This document shows positions 27,401 to 41,629 of a DNA stretch of 64,000 nt, in pieces. Origin of the DNA: Eledone cirrhosa (taxonomy: Eukaryota); NCBI GenBank assembly GCA_964016885.1, contig OZ024741.1, positions 51,894,001-51,958,000 of the forward strand. Reading direction: 5' to 3'. Under the pieces are notes generated by a model, which worked only from the letters and a program-made list of their open reading frames with translations, had not been told where the DNA came from and searched no databases. Within the stretch, counting starts at the first letter, position 1. Each line of letters begins with the position of its first letter. The translations under genes were made by a program, and so were the position numbers.

Positions 27401-28243
27401 CTGTCTGTCACGCATCCTGACTAGGATGTAGTCCAAAAGATGCCATTCCTTAGATGCAGGATGCATCCATGTGGTCTTGAATTTGTTCTTTTGTTGGAAC
27501 ATGGTGTTGGTAACACACAGATCCAGCTCCTCACACATCTGCAGCAGGAGCATACCATTGCTGTTACACTTTCCCACCCCATGCCTTCCGATTACATTCC
27601 ATGTGTTAAAATCCCTACCCACTCTAGCATTAAAGTCACCAAGCACGATGACTTTGTCTGCCTGAGGGATATTTCTTAGAACACCTTTCAAGGCATGGTA
27701 AAAGGACAGTTTTTCTTCATCGACAGAATTCATAGTTGGAGCATAGACACTCACCAGGGTAGCATATCTTCCTTTGTCCAGCGGAACTCTCATGGACATA
27801 AGACGCTCACTAATCCCTACTGGGAATTCTTCTAATTTATTCACAAGTACAGTCTTAACAGCAAATCCTACCCAGCCTCTCTTCTCGTTCCTTCATCTCT
27901 TCCTTTCCAGAAGAATGTATATTCTCCACAAAATTCCGTAAGATGACCATCTCCAGCTAACCTCGTCTCAGATAAAGCCACGATGTCAAGATCGTAACGT
28001 CGAAGCTCCTTTGCAACAAGAGCGGTCCTTCGTTCAGGACGCTCCAAGGAATCCCTGTCAAGCAGCGTCCGTACGTTCCAGCAGCCAAGACTAAATGCCT
28101 TGTTTGGCTCTATTACAATGGCACGATGACGAGCGGGCCCAGGCTGTGATAACTTGAGGCCCCTGCCCTTATTGCCAATGATCTTTTTTGTTCCAGAACC
28201 TAAATTGCCAATTATCTCTTTTACATTTTCTGGAACATCATTG

Positions 28244-28275
<32 letters not shown>

Positions 28276-28615
28276 TAATAATAATAGTAATAATAATAAT
28301 AATAATAGTAGTACACTATTAATAATTATTAATGCACTCGTGCAATGCCTGTGCGTGACGAATATTTTTAAAGTGAGGAAAGACTGTGCACTGAGCCAAT
28401 CCCACTCTTTGAGTGACAGTAGCTATAACCCGAAAAGAAGAAAAGATCAATATCATCGGTAACTACTGAGCCGCAGGTTTTATATCGGAGTTAACCCAGT
28501 TTCCTGAGATGCCTTCTCCGAGAAGAATGCCCTGACAAGGGCTAGGGGTCCTTCACTCCCAGTGGTTTAACTGCGCGATCGGGCATCCAGCCCGATTATT
28601 TCTATGTCCCCTCGC
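24324..28615 (-). mobile_element. Near full-length RTE-clade LINE (APE endonuclease, RT, C-terminal C2H2 fingers), frameshifted
   Basis: WNVRTL..., ALSETR, LGDFNARVG, WTDHRLV (APE); SPGMDGI, FVDLTKAFD, GVKQG, LLYADD (RT); RLRWSGH. ORF pieces 25742-27844, 25129-25761, 24628-25056. 5' region at 28320-28615; 3' motif at 24324-24368 followed by (ATGT)n. Confidence 0.9.
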
Positions 28616-28686
28616 AAAAAAAAATAAAAAATAAAATATACATACATACATACATACATACATACATACATACATACATTACATAC

Positions 28687-29637
<951 letters not shown>

Positions 29638-29662
29638 ATATATAAACTTTTAATATAGAAAT

Positions 29663-29713
29663 GGCTTCTACAGGACTAGAACTGTTTCATTCGAAGAAAA
29701 TCATCAGGAAACC
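29663..29713 (-). ncRNA. Hammerhead-like motif (type I, U at 10.1/11.1)
   Basis: GGUUUC-CUGAUGA-uuuucuucgaau-GAAA-CAG-uucuaguc-CUG-UA-GAAGCC: stem I 6 bp, stem III 4 bp, weak stem II. Confidence 0.55.
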
Positions 29714-29932
29714 CCGATAAAGTCATTGAGGCGCCTTATTGACATACGACGTTTCTTAGGACGCCATTTCTATATTAAAAGTTTATACTCTGCTATGTAT
29801 TGAGTACGTTACTTACTGTGTTTACCCCCGATTAAACCCGACACACACACACACACCCACACACACACACATATTACCTGAAGTTATACCGTCTATATTT
29901 TTTCTTCGAAATGACGTGTGTGAGTACGAGTG

Positions 29933-29976
<44 letters not shown>

Positions 29977-30609
29977 CGTGCGTGCGCGCGTGAGTGTTTG
30001 TGAATGTAATTTTTTACGAATGCTGCCCTTTTGCCAATGCTTCAACGAATGACAATGACGTATCGAAATGGTGAGAGGGTAGCAAATTGCTAGGTAGCTA
30101 CCCGGAAAAGGTTAGTGGTTGTTATAGTTGTAGTTGCGGTCGTTTAGTGGTTGTAGTTGCTGTTGTGATTGTGATTATTGTCGTTGCTGTTATTGTTGTG
30201 GTGGTGGTGGTTGGTGTCACTGTTGCTGTTATGGTTGTGGTTGTGGTGGTGGTGATGGTGGTGATTGGGGTGGTTTAATGGAGGTATTAGCAATAGTAGT
30301 TGAGATAATGTGAAACAATGCGTGACCATAGATAAATTTATCGGTTGTCCACTCTGTATTAGTCTGTCCAAAGCAATGAAAGCTGACACGAGGCTGGTGG
30401 ACATTCATAAAAGCCGTATGAAAACGTGGAATCAACGGTATTATATAGTCTTTTATTCCTTTATTCTTTAATATATGTTTTTCTTTTACTGGTTTCATTT
30501 ATTTGACTGTGGCCATACTGGGGCATTGCCTTAATTTAGCCGATACTATTGACCCCGTCCCCATCTTTTCCCCCAGTACTTAGATTTTTTGTGGAACCGT
30601 TATGTTACG

Positions 30610-30658
30610 AGACATAAAGACACACACAGACACAAAGATACATATACTCACTCACAAA

Positions 30659-30725
<67 letters not shown>

Positions 30726-30930
30726 CCGCACTCAGTCACACATACACACAAACACATACACACACACAAACACACACATGTACACACACACACATTGACT
30801 CACACATACACACAAACACACACACACTCACTCACACATACACACACACACACATTGACTCACACATACACACAAACACACACACTCACATACACACAAA
30901 CACACACACAAACACACACACACACAGACA
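30610..30930. repeat. (CA)n-rich compound microsatellite
   Basis: Direct observation. Confidence 0.9.
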
Positions 30931-31494
30931 TATATATATAAGACGAGCTTCTATAGTTGCCATCTGTTACAATTCGCTGACAAGGCATCAGTCAGCCTAG
31001 GGCTACAGCGGAAGACACTTGCCCAATATGACACGCCGTGGGATTGAACCCGAAACCCCATAGTTCCAAAGTAAACACCTTAACCGTATAGCCATGTCTT
31101 CATACTTTTAGTTTCAGTAATGTTAGTGCCACCTTCATCTTCTGATACCTTATATTTATCTGCTTAACTGCTTCATCAGCTTCACTTCCTTCTTCATCTT
31201 TCTTCATTTATTGTATATTTCAGCCATTTTAACTGTTGCTGTTGCAGCATTAGTAGCAGGTTGTATGTTTAGCTGTCTGTCTTTCTGTCTTTAACTTATA
31301 ACTTGGTCTCTTGGTCTCTTTAACGGTATGTATGTCTGTTTCCCTATCTGTCTATTGGTGTGTATGTCTGTTTATGTATGCCTGTCTGTCTGTCGATTTC
31401 TATGTCTGACTGTCTGTCTGTTGGTCTCATCATCTATCTGTCTGTTGGTCTCATCAGCTATCTGTCTGTTGGTCTCATCAGCTATCTGTCTGTT

Positions 31495-33979
31495 CGGGAG
31501 GGGCGGGGAGCCGGTTGGGAACGTGGACTTCGGTCCATACCTCGACGGCCTGCCGCGTCTCTCGGACAGGGAGGCGAAGTCCTGCGAGGAGCCAATTTCG
31601 GCCGCTGAGATAGAGGACGTGCTGAGCCAATGCGGCAAACGCAAATCCCCGGGTCTCGATGGTCTTCCTTACGAATTATATCTAGCTATGCCGGACTTGT
31701 TCCCCGATCTCCTCGAGGCGGTCTACTGCAACTGGCAACAGAACGGGAGAATTCCCTGTACTGTGACCAAGGGCGTAGTCACGCTAGTGAGGAAGGACGA
31801 GAACAAGGGGGACGAAATAAGTAACTTCAGGCCCATAACTCTGCTAAATACAGAGTTACAGATTTTGGCCAAGGTGCTAGCAAAGAGGTTGGCGCTTGTC
31901 GTGGGCAACCTGGTGGGAGATGCGCAGACATGCGCTATCCCGTCCAGGTCCATCCATGACAACCTCCACCTCATGCGATACATCATAGAGAGGGTTGGGA
32001 ACGAACCCGGCTTTGGTGGGGCTCTGATCAACTTGGATCAATCTAAGGCGTTCGATAGGGTCGACCATGGTTACCTGGATGCGGTGCTAGCGGCGGCAGG
32101 CTTCGGACCCGTTTTCAGGGGCTGGATCACTGCTATGCACAGCAGCCGCATCTGCTCTAGGGTCAAGGTGAACGGCTACCTCTCGGAGCCGTTCAAAATC
32201 GCGCGGTCCATCCGACAAGGGTGCCCTCTCTCCCCCCTTCTGTATGTGTTGACTCTCGAGCCACTACTGCGGAAGTTGGAGTTGTTGCAGGGCATCCCTT
32301 TGGAACCGGGATTGCGGAAAGCGGTGTCGGCCTACGCCGATGACGTGACAGCAATGGTGTCGACGGCCTCCGAAATCGAGGCGGTCGGCACCTTACTGGA
32401 GGAGTACGAAAGGTTCACAGGGGCTAAGCTGAACCGGGACAAGTCGATCGGTTTGCAACTCGGCACGTGGAGGGGCAGACCGATGCCCTCCGATGGCGTC
32501 GTCGGACGCTGGACGGTGGGCCCGGTGAAGTTGCTCGGGGTCTGGTTCGGACTGGACCTCCAGGTGGAGAAAAACTGGGCGGAGGTTACGAACAGGGTGT
32601 TTGCACTGATCCAGAAGTGGGCCAGTTGCAAACTATCCCTGAAAGGTCGGGCGGAGGTGGCGAACACCTACATAGCGTCCGTCATCTACTACCGCCTGAC
32701 CGTAGTGCCCTGCCCAAGAGAAACCCTCACCAAGATGGAGCGCGCACTCTTCCAATTCCTTTGGAAGAGGCGGGCTCCTATGGTGAGGAGATCCATCTGC
32801 TGTCAACACCCTTCGAAAGGAGGGCTGGGGATGCCGTGGCTAATGATGCGTAAACACGCATTAAGGCTACGGCACCTCTACGTATTCCTCACCGGTCAAC
32901 CGGTGTGGGCCTCGTTTGAGAGACGAACCTTTCCCAGACTCGTCTCACTCACCGAGCTGCAATCCTGGGTCAAGCAAAGACCGAGAAAACTGGGCGCCTG
33001 GCACACTGAGTGTGCCCAGGCGCTCACCGCCCTCTGGCAGGCGGATCCGGTTATCAGTGGAGACTCCACCGCAACATTCTATAGAGGGCTGGTACGCAGC
33101 AGGTGCGACGACGCCCTCGGAGAAGCCCTAGACATGGAGGAGGACGAACTGGCCAGCCTGTTCGGTAGGACATTCAGCCCGGGACCTATGGACAACTTCC
33201 AGAAGTCCCTGGCCTGGCAGTGCTACCGAGGGGCTTTACCCGTTCGAGAAAGGCTCTACAGACACGGGCGCCCGGGTAGGGACCCCGCCAAAAAGATCTG
33301 TCCCAGATGCGTGTGCGACGAGGAAACCGTTGCACACGCATTGGTACACTGCTCGGGCGTAGCCGATCTGTGGGGCTATGTCGAACAACTGCTGTCAAGG
33401 GTGGGACCGATCTGGTTGACCACCGAGTCTATTGTAATGATCAAGCCGCCTCCCCCCTTCAAAGATGAAGCAGAGGCGGTGTTTCTGTGCGTAATAGCCA
33501 TGGCGAAAGAGGTTGTATGGTGGACGCGTCTGAAAGGACTGAGGTCAGGCACCTTTCTCTCTGGCCAACAACTGGTCCGTTTCTTCCGATATCATTTCGG
33601 AAGAAGGATCAGGATGGAGAGAGAGGTGCTCCACCCCAGTCGTTTTTATGAAAGGTGGGTGAAAGTGGCGAGAATGGCCCGTGTGAATGGGCCTTCTCTT
33701 TACATAAGCCTGTAGGTGGAAAAGAGGAAGGAACGAGGGAGCACCCCCTCTCTGTGCTCCTGAGGAAAAGGGTTGCACACTTTTTTCGGGGGTGTGTGCG
33801 ACTCCCCAAGGCGCCTCCTCTCTATTGAGGATTTTGTTATAAATTTTATTTTTTGTTATATTTTATTTTATTTTTATATTTTGTTATTGCCTCCTCCTTA
33901 TTGAGGACGCCTTTTTGTGTAAGCTCCCCCCTTTGTACTTGTCCCACTTTTGATGCCCTGGTGGCAAATGAAAGAAACA
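31495..33979 (+). mobile_element. 5'-truncated Tx1-clade LINE (open RT + zinc-knuckle ORF to 33715)
   Basis: KSPGLDGLPYE, NFRPITLLN, LDQSKAFDRV, IRQGCPLSP, AYADD, CPRC...ETVAHALVHC. GC-rich relative to host. Candidate 12-bp TSD tatctgtctgtt at 31483-31494 and 33980-33991. The first ~55 aa of track ORF 31328 are satellite-derived. Confidence 0.9.
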
Positions 33980-36798
33980 TATCTGTCTGTTGGTCTCATC
34001 AGCTATCTGTCTGTTGGTCTCATCCTCTATCTGTCTGTTGGTCTCATCCTCTATCTGTCTGTTGGTCTCATCCTCTATCTGTCTGTTGGTCTCATCCTCT
34101 ATCTGTCTGTTGGTCTCATCAGCTAGCTGTCTGTTGGTCTCATCATCTATCTGTCTGTTGGTCTCATCCTCTATCTGTCTGTTGGTCTCATCATCTATCT
34201 GTCTGTTGGTCTCATCCTCTATCTGTCTGTTGGTCTCATCCTCTATCTGTCTGTTGGTCTCATCCTCTATCTGTCTGTTGGTCTCATCAGCTATCTGTCT
34301 GTTGGTCTCATCATCTATCTGTCTGTTGGTCTCATCCTCTCACTGTCTGTTGGTCTCATCCTCTATCTGTCTGTTGGTCTCATCAGCTATCTGTCTGTTG
34401 GTCTCATCCTCTATCTGTCTGTTGGTCTCATCCTCTATCTGTCTGTTGGTCTCATCCTCTATCTGTCTGTTGGTCTCATCCTCTATCTGTCTGTTGGTCT
34501 CATCCTCTATCTGTCTGTTGGTCTCATCCTCTATCTGTCTGTTGGTCTCATCCTCTATCTGTCTGTTGGTCTCATCCTCTATCTGTCTGGTGGTCTCATC
34601 AGCTATCTGTCTGTTGGTCTCATCCTCTATCTGTCTGTTGGTCTCATCAGCTATCTGTCTGTTGGTCTCATCCTCTATCTGTCTGTTGGTCTCATCATCT
34701 ATCTGTCTGTTGGTCTCATCATCTATCTGTCTGTTGGTCTCATCCTCTATCTCTCTGTTGGTCTCATCCTCTATCTGTCTGTTGGTCTCATCATCTATCT
34801 GTCTGTTGGTCTCATCAGCTATCTGTCTGTTGGTCTCATCATCTATCTGTCTGTTGGTCTCATCAGCTATCTGTCTGTTGGTCTCATCAGCTATCTGTCT
34901 GTTGGTCTCATCCTCTATCTGTCTGTTGGTCTCATCATCTATCTGTCTGTTGGTCTCATCATCTATCTGTCTGTTGGTCTCATCAGCTATCTGTCTGTTG
35001 GTCTCATCCTCTATCTGTCTGTTGGTCTCATCATCTATCTGTCTGTTGGTCTCATCCTCTATCTGTCTGTTGATCTCATCCTCTATCTGTCTGTTGGTCT
35101 CATCAGCTATCTGTCTGTTGGTCTCATCCTCTATCTGTCTGTTGGTCTCTTCATCTATCTGTCTGTTGGTCTCATCATCTATCTGTCTGTTGGTCTCATC
35201 AGCTATCTGTCTGTTGGTCTCATCCTCTATCTGTCTGTTGGTCTCATCCTCTATCTGTCTGTTGGTCTCATCCTCTATCTGTCTGTTGGTCTCATCAGCT
35301 ATCTGTCTGTTGGTCTCATCAGCTATCTGTCTGTTGGTCTCATCCTCTATCTGTCTGTTGGTCTCATCCTCTATCTGTCTGTTGGTCTCATCAGCTATCT
35401 GTCTGTTGGTCTCATCCTCTATCTGTCTGTTGGTCTCATCATCTATCTGTCTGTTGGTCTCATCAGCTATCTGTCTGTTGGTCTCATCCTCTATCTGTCT
35501 GTTGGTCTCATCCTCTATCTGTCTGTTGGTCTCATCATCTATCTGTCTGTTGGTCTCATCAAGCTATCTGTCTGTTGGTCTCATCCTCTATCTGTCTGTT
35601 GCTCTCATCCTCCATCTGTCTGTTGGTCTCATCATCTATCTGTCTGTTGGTCTCATCAGCTATCTGTCTGTTGGTCTCATCCTCTATCTGTCTGTTGGTC
35701 TCATCATCTATCTGTCTGTTGGTCTCATCCTCTATCTGTCTGTTGGTCTCATCAGCTATCTGTCTGTTGGTCTCATCCTCTATCTGTCTGTTGGTCTCAT
35801 CCTCTATCTGTCTGTTGGTCTCATCCTCTATCTGTCTGTTGGTCTCATCATCTATCTGTCTGTTGGTCTCATCAGCTATCTGTCTGTTGGTCTCATCCTC
35901 TATCTGTCTGTTGGTCTCATCATCTATCTGTCTGTTGGTCTCATCAGCTATCTGTCTGTTGGTCTCATCCTCTATCTGTCTGTTGGTCTCATCGGCTATC
36001 TGTCTGTTGGTCTCATCCTCTATCTGTCTGTTGGTCTTATCAGCTATCTGTCTGTTGGTCTCATCCTCTATCTGTCTGTTGGTCTCATCAGCTATCTGTC
36101 TGTTGGTCTCATCCTCTATCTGTCTGTTGGTCTCATCATCTATCTGTCTGTTGGTCTCATCCTCTATCTGTCTGTTGGTCTCATCCTCTATCTGTCTGTT
36201 GGTCTCATCCTCTATCTGTCTGTTGGTCTCATCAGCTATCTGTCTGTTGGTCTCATCCTCTATCTGTCTGTTGGTCTCATCCTCTATCTGTCTGTTGGTC
36301 TCATCAGCTATCTGTCTGTTGGTCTCATCCTCTATCTGTCTGTTGGTCTCATCATCTATCTGTTTGTTGGTCTCATCAGCTATCTGTCTGTTGGTCTCAT
36401 CCTCTATCTGTCTGTTGGTCTCATCCTCTATCTGTCTGTTGGTCTCATCCTCTATCTGTCTGTTGGTCTCATCCTCTATCTGTCTGGTGGTCTCATCAGC
36501 TATCTGTCTGTTGGTCTCATCCTCTATCTGTCTGTTGGTCTCATCAGCTATCTGTCTGTTGGTCTCATCCTCTATCTGTCTGTTGGTCTCATCATCTATC
36601 TGTCTGTTGGTCTCATCATCTATCTGTCTGTTGGTCTCATCCTCTATCTCTCTGTTGGTCTCATCCTCTATCTGTCTGTTGGTCTCATCATCTATCTGTC
36701 TGTTGGTCTCATCAGCTATCTGTCTGTTGGTCTCATCATCTATCTGTCTGTTGGTCTCATCAGCTATCTGTCTGTTGGTCTCATCAGCTATCTGTCTG
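33980..36798. repeat. 24-bp tandem satellite (catc[ct/ag/at]ctatctgtctgttggtct), ~117 units
   Basis: Direct observation. About three more units lie at 31410-31494, before the Tx1 insertion. Confidence 0.97.
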
Positions 36799-36825
36799 TT
36801 TTTTCTGCTGGTCTGTCGGCTGGAT

Positions 36826-37290
36826 TGTAGGTTGGTTTGTAGGTTGGTTTGTAGGTTGGTTTGTAGTCTGGTTTGTAGGTTGGTTTGTAGGTTGGTTTGT
36901 AGGTTGGTTTGTAGGTTGGTTTGTAGATTGGTTTGTAGATTGGTGTGTAGGTTGGTTTGTAGGTTGGTTTGTAGGCTGGTTTGTAGATTGGTTTGTAGAT
37001 TGGTGTGTAGGTTGGTTTGTAGGTTGGTTTGTAGGTTGGTTTGTAGGTTGGTTTGTAGGCTGGTTTGTAGATTGGTTTGTAGGTTGGTTTGTAGGTTGGT
37101 TTGTAGGTTGGTTTGTAATTTTTTTTTAGGTTGGTTTGTAGGTTTGTTTGTAGGTTGGTTTGTAGGCTGGTTTGTAGATTGGTTTGTAGATTGGTGTGTA
37201 GGCTGGTTTGTAGGTTGGTTTGTAGGCTGGTTTGTAGATTGGTTTGTAGGTTTGTTTGTTGGTTGGTTTGTAGGTTGGTTTGTAAGTTTG
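36826..37290. repeat. 12-bp minisatellite (gtaggttggttt)n
   Basis: Direct observation. Confidence 0.95.
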
Positions 37291-37409
37291 TCTGTCTGTA
37301 GGTTTGTCTGTCTGCAAGTGGGTCTGTTGACCAGCATGTATATATGTCTGTATATCTCTTGCTCTGCACAACTACCATTTGTTGCTCTATCTATGATCTA
37401 CATCTCATG

Positions 37410-37930
37410 ATTTGCTTGTCTATCTATGGTCTATCTCTCATCTGTCTGTCTTTCTATGGTCTATCTCTCATCCGTCTGTCTTTCTATGGTCCATCTCTCA
37501 TCTGTTTGTCTATCTATGGTCTATCTCTCATCTTTCTGTCTATCTATGGTCTATCTCTCATATGTATGTCTATCTATGGTCTATCTTTCATCTGTTTGTC
37601 TATCTATAGTCCATCTCTCATCTGTTTGTCTATCTATGGTCTATCTCTTATCTGTTTGTCTATCTATGGTCTATCTCTCATCTGTCTGTCTTTCTATGGT
37701 CCATCTCTCATCTGTTTGTCTATCTATGGTCTATCTCTCATCTGTCTGTCTATCTATGGTCTATCTCTCATATGTCTGTCTATCTATGGTCTATCTTTCA
37801 TCTGTTTGTCTATCTATAGTCCATCTCTCATCTGTTTGTCTATCTATGGTCTATCTCTCATCTGTTTGTCTATCTATGGTCTATCTCTCATCTGTTTGTC
37901 TATCTATGGTCCATCTCTCATCTGTTTGTC
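37410..37930. repeat. 30-bp minisatellite (tctgtttgtctatctatggtctatctctca)n
   Basis: Direct observation. Confidence 0.95.
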
Positions 37931-40409
37931 AGCCAATTGTTTATCTATAATCTGTTTCTCTCTCCACCGCCCATTTATCATCTGATTGTATGTCTATGGT
38001 CTTATTTTGAACATTTATTTTGACTTGTCGCCCTTGTCTGTGTTTGATTCTTTTATTTTGTCCAACAATGTTTACCTCTCTTCAATGTAGATGTCTTGAT
38101 TACTTAACGCTATAAGTATGTTAAAGCTTACTTTCCTTTCATGTATTTATTCTGAAATCATTTTTCTGACATTGTTTTCAAACTGATAAAAAATTACATC
38201 GTGGAAATGTCATTTTAACCATTTTAACCATCCAACACTTCTGATACCATACCACACGAAACCATAAAAAAACTGTTTATTTTAAGGTATTCACATTTAT
38301 CTAGAAAAATACCCATCATATTTTTATGTGAGAAATTTCATTAAGTTACCTTCTAAACACCAACTTAATGGGCAAGTTAGTTGTATTACTAAATATCTCC
38401 AAATTCTAGTATCAATTCACATTAGCACTAATACAGCTTGATACAGAATAGAGATGTATATGGAAGCATATAAAATAATATGTTTATGTGTGGTATGCTT
38501 ACATAAGTTATGCTGTAAGTATTTAAATATGTGATCATATCACAATTACCTCAGTAACCACGTGAGAACGCCAAATAGAAGTCGGTCAAGCTCGTACTAT
38601 ATACATATGCACGTTTCCCAAATTGTATTATTTGCAAAATCTATATAAAAGCTATTAGTTTATTTTGCCACAGTACCGAATGAATAAACATCACCAATGA
38701 TGGATAAAGATCATGGCATACTAGTATGTGGCATTCTCATATAGTTACTAAGGTAACTGATCATAGATTGAAATACCCAACTGCGAGACTTATTTATGTG
38801 CATTTTACATAAAAATTTTGTATATATATGCTTCCATATTGAATGAACCTGCGTCGGTTTGGACGATAGGTGATCCAGCCTGTTCATGAAATTAACGTGT
38901 AAGGGCCCGAACATTCTACAGATACGTGTACCCTTAAAGTAATACTCAGGGAGATTCAACGTGACACAGTGTGTGACATGGTGGATACTTTGAATTACAG
39001 GCACAGTCTGATGGGTTTCAAAACAGTTTCCATCTATCCTGTTCACTGACAGAGCTTGGTTCTACCCGAAGCTATGGTAAATAACATTTTCCAAAGAGGT
39101 CCCTCAATGTGATCGAAACCCGTATCTAATAATTGCGAAGCGAGCTTCTAAGCCATTCGGTCATGCTGTGTCCACATATATTTCCATATTCATCTTATAT
39201 ATATGTATGTATGTGTACGTGTTGTTTAGACGTGTAACGATTCCACAGCTCCTTCCTTCCCGTAACCCGGGGCAATGTACGTATTCTCCATCCTGTCAAC
39301 CAGGACCAAGAGGCGGAGGATAAGAAGGTGGAACATACTCGTTCGGACGGTGTAACTATATATTACTAATTAGTCATATTTCAACACTAGCCTCATTGAA
39401 TGTAGTGATACTTAATTTAGCTGTTGTTTAGCGGTGTAACAATACATTGCTATGACGCCAAGCTCCAATTCACACCGCAATCTCATCTATCATCTGGTGG
39501 AAATTACGACTGAATTGATATCATCAAAGCCACTACTCCAACTGCTTCCACATTCGCTCATAGCGACCAGCTAACGAGGGAGCGGAGAATTTAAGATGGA
39601 TGGTCGTTGTGGAGAGTTCTGACGTTCTTGACCTCGGACCATATCCCTACTCACTGCTATCCGGAGCGGAGTTGGCTGCCCACGAGGGCGAACCTCGTGA
39701 GGTGGAGTGGTTGTTCCACGGCGCCTTCCTTCCCGTCACCCGGGGCTATGTACGTATTCTCCATCCTGTCAACCAGGACCAAGAGGCGAAGGATAAGAGG
39801 CGGAGGATAAGAAGGTGGAACATACACGTTCGGACGTCACACATTTGCCCTTCTCACACCACTTTCACTCATACGTACCAACACATTACACACATTGTGA
39901 TAAATACATTACTTGTAATTTCATCTCAATCTGTCAAAAATTGTAGCAGAATTTCCCTCAAACCACACCCTACCACATTGAAATTAACGCCATACGTTCG
40001 GTGAGAAACATTGTTCTTAGTTCAATACACAGTAAAAATAAATAAAAGGACAGGTTGGTCACACTTTCAAGTATACGTCTGTTTGATAAGGCTAACCCGG
40101 AACTCACCACCACCACCACCACCACCACCACCACGATAACGACGACGTCGACGACCAAAATCATCATCATTATCATCAGCAAAGTTAAAATTACCACCAA
40201 CAACCATAAAAGCAAATGCATACCACCCACTTACATATCACCACCACTACCAACAACAACAACAACGATGACTACGGCAACAACAATAGCAGTAACAACA
40301 ACACAACAACCAGAAGAGTAACATCAACAGATTTACCCCCCCCCCCCATCATGGCTGCTTACACACCAACATTCCATTTTACACTTCACTGGATATCATT
40401 TATTCCGTA

Positions 40410-41010
40410 ATGGTGGCGGTAGTTGTCGTGGTGGTGGTATGGTGGTGGATTTGTAGTGGTGGTGGTAGTAGTTGTGGTAGTGGTGGTAGTAGTAGTGGTG
40501 GTGGTGATAGTTGTAGTGGTGGCGGTGGTAGCTGTAGTGGTGGTGGTAGTAGTAGTGGTGATGGTGGTAGTTGTGGTGGTAGTAGTTGTAGTGGTGGTGG
40601 TGGTAGTTATGGTAGTGGTAGTAGTAGTTGTAGTGGTCGTGGTGGTAGTTGTAGTGGTGGCGGGGGTAAGTGTTGGTAGGTGTGTATGTGGTGGTGGTGA
40701 TAGTGGTAGGTGTGTATGTGGTAGTTGTGGTGGTAGGTGTGTATGTGGTAGTTGTGGTAGTGTTGGTGGTAGTGGCAATGTTGGTAGGTGTGTATGTGGT
40801 GGTGTTAGTGGTAGGTGTGTATGTGGTAGTTGTGGTAGTGTACGTGGTAGTTGTGGTAGTAGGTGTGTACGTGGTAGTTGTGGTAGTTGGTGTGTATGTG
40901 GTAGTTGTGGTGGTAGGTGTGGTGGTGTGGTGGTAGGTGTGTATGTGGTAGTTGTGGTAGTGTTGGTGGTAGTGGCAATGTTGGTAGGTGTGGTGGTTGG
41001 TGTGTATGTG
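40410..41010. repeat. GGT/AGT low-complexity array with higher-order repeats
   Basis: Direct observation. Confidence 0.9.
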
Positions 41011-41149
41011 GTTTTACACCTTTTCTTTCATTTATTTCTCACCTGTTTAGTTGCTTTCGGTTTTATTTGTTGTTGTTGTTTCTGTTACATTGTATTATAA
41101 ATAAACCCACTAATGATAGAGGTGGATATAACATTCTGAATATCCATAT

Positions 41150-41525
41150 ATTCATACTCGCATAGAGCACGAGAAGATCAAACGGAATGTGTGTAAGCAA
41201 TGCCCTGGTGTATCTCTCGAAACGATCGGTGTCTCCATTGAATTGAAGTGCTCTGAGTGTTGAAAAATTTGCTTGAGCAAATCTGGTCTCAGGAGCCACA
41301 GTCGCAGCCATGTTCAAAGAGAACCAGTGAACTATGATCTCCACGGTGTTGTGATGGTTCACGGGCAACCTGATGTAGGACCTCAAGTCAGGGAGATCCA
41401 TAGTTGTCGTCAGTGTGTGAAGGAGTGCAAGTCTCTAGCAGGCTTGAAAAGCCATATCCGAGCATCACACATCTGAATCTGACAAGCAATTGCAATACTC
41501 TTGGCAGAGTTCGCAGCCATCATGT
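41150..41525 (+). pseudogene. RTE-like 3' end with C2H2 fingers
   Basis: CLSKSGLRSHSRSH, CRQCVKECKSLAGLKSHIRASH, then gcagccatcatgtat terminus. Confidence 0.7.
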
Positions 41526-41629
41526 ATACATACATGTATGTGTGCGTGTGTATATGTGTGCGTGCGTTTGTGTGTATGTGTCTTCGCTGCGCCAATCTAC
41601 CCTGCTATCGCCGCGATCTTTCCTTCTCA

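Noticed and set aside
33980-36798. CRISPR-like array
   Set aside because: Head-to-tail repeats with no unique spacers, no cas genes, eukaryotic context.
33853-37985. Long ORFs (946, 611, 592, 406 aa) with SSICLLVS / DETNRQI / YKPT repeats
   Set aside because: Translations of 24-, 12- and 30-bp satellites that lack stops in several frames; no coding evidence.
40386-41165. Gly/Cys-rich keratin-associated-like or Thr-rich mucin-like ORFs
   Set aside because: Derived from GGT/AGT/GT microsatellites and open in multiple frames.
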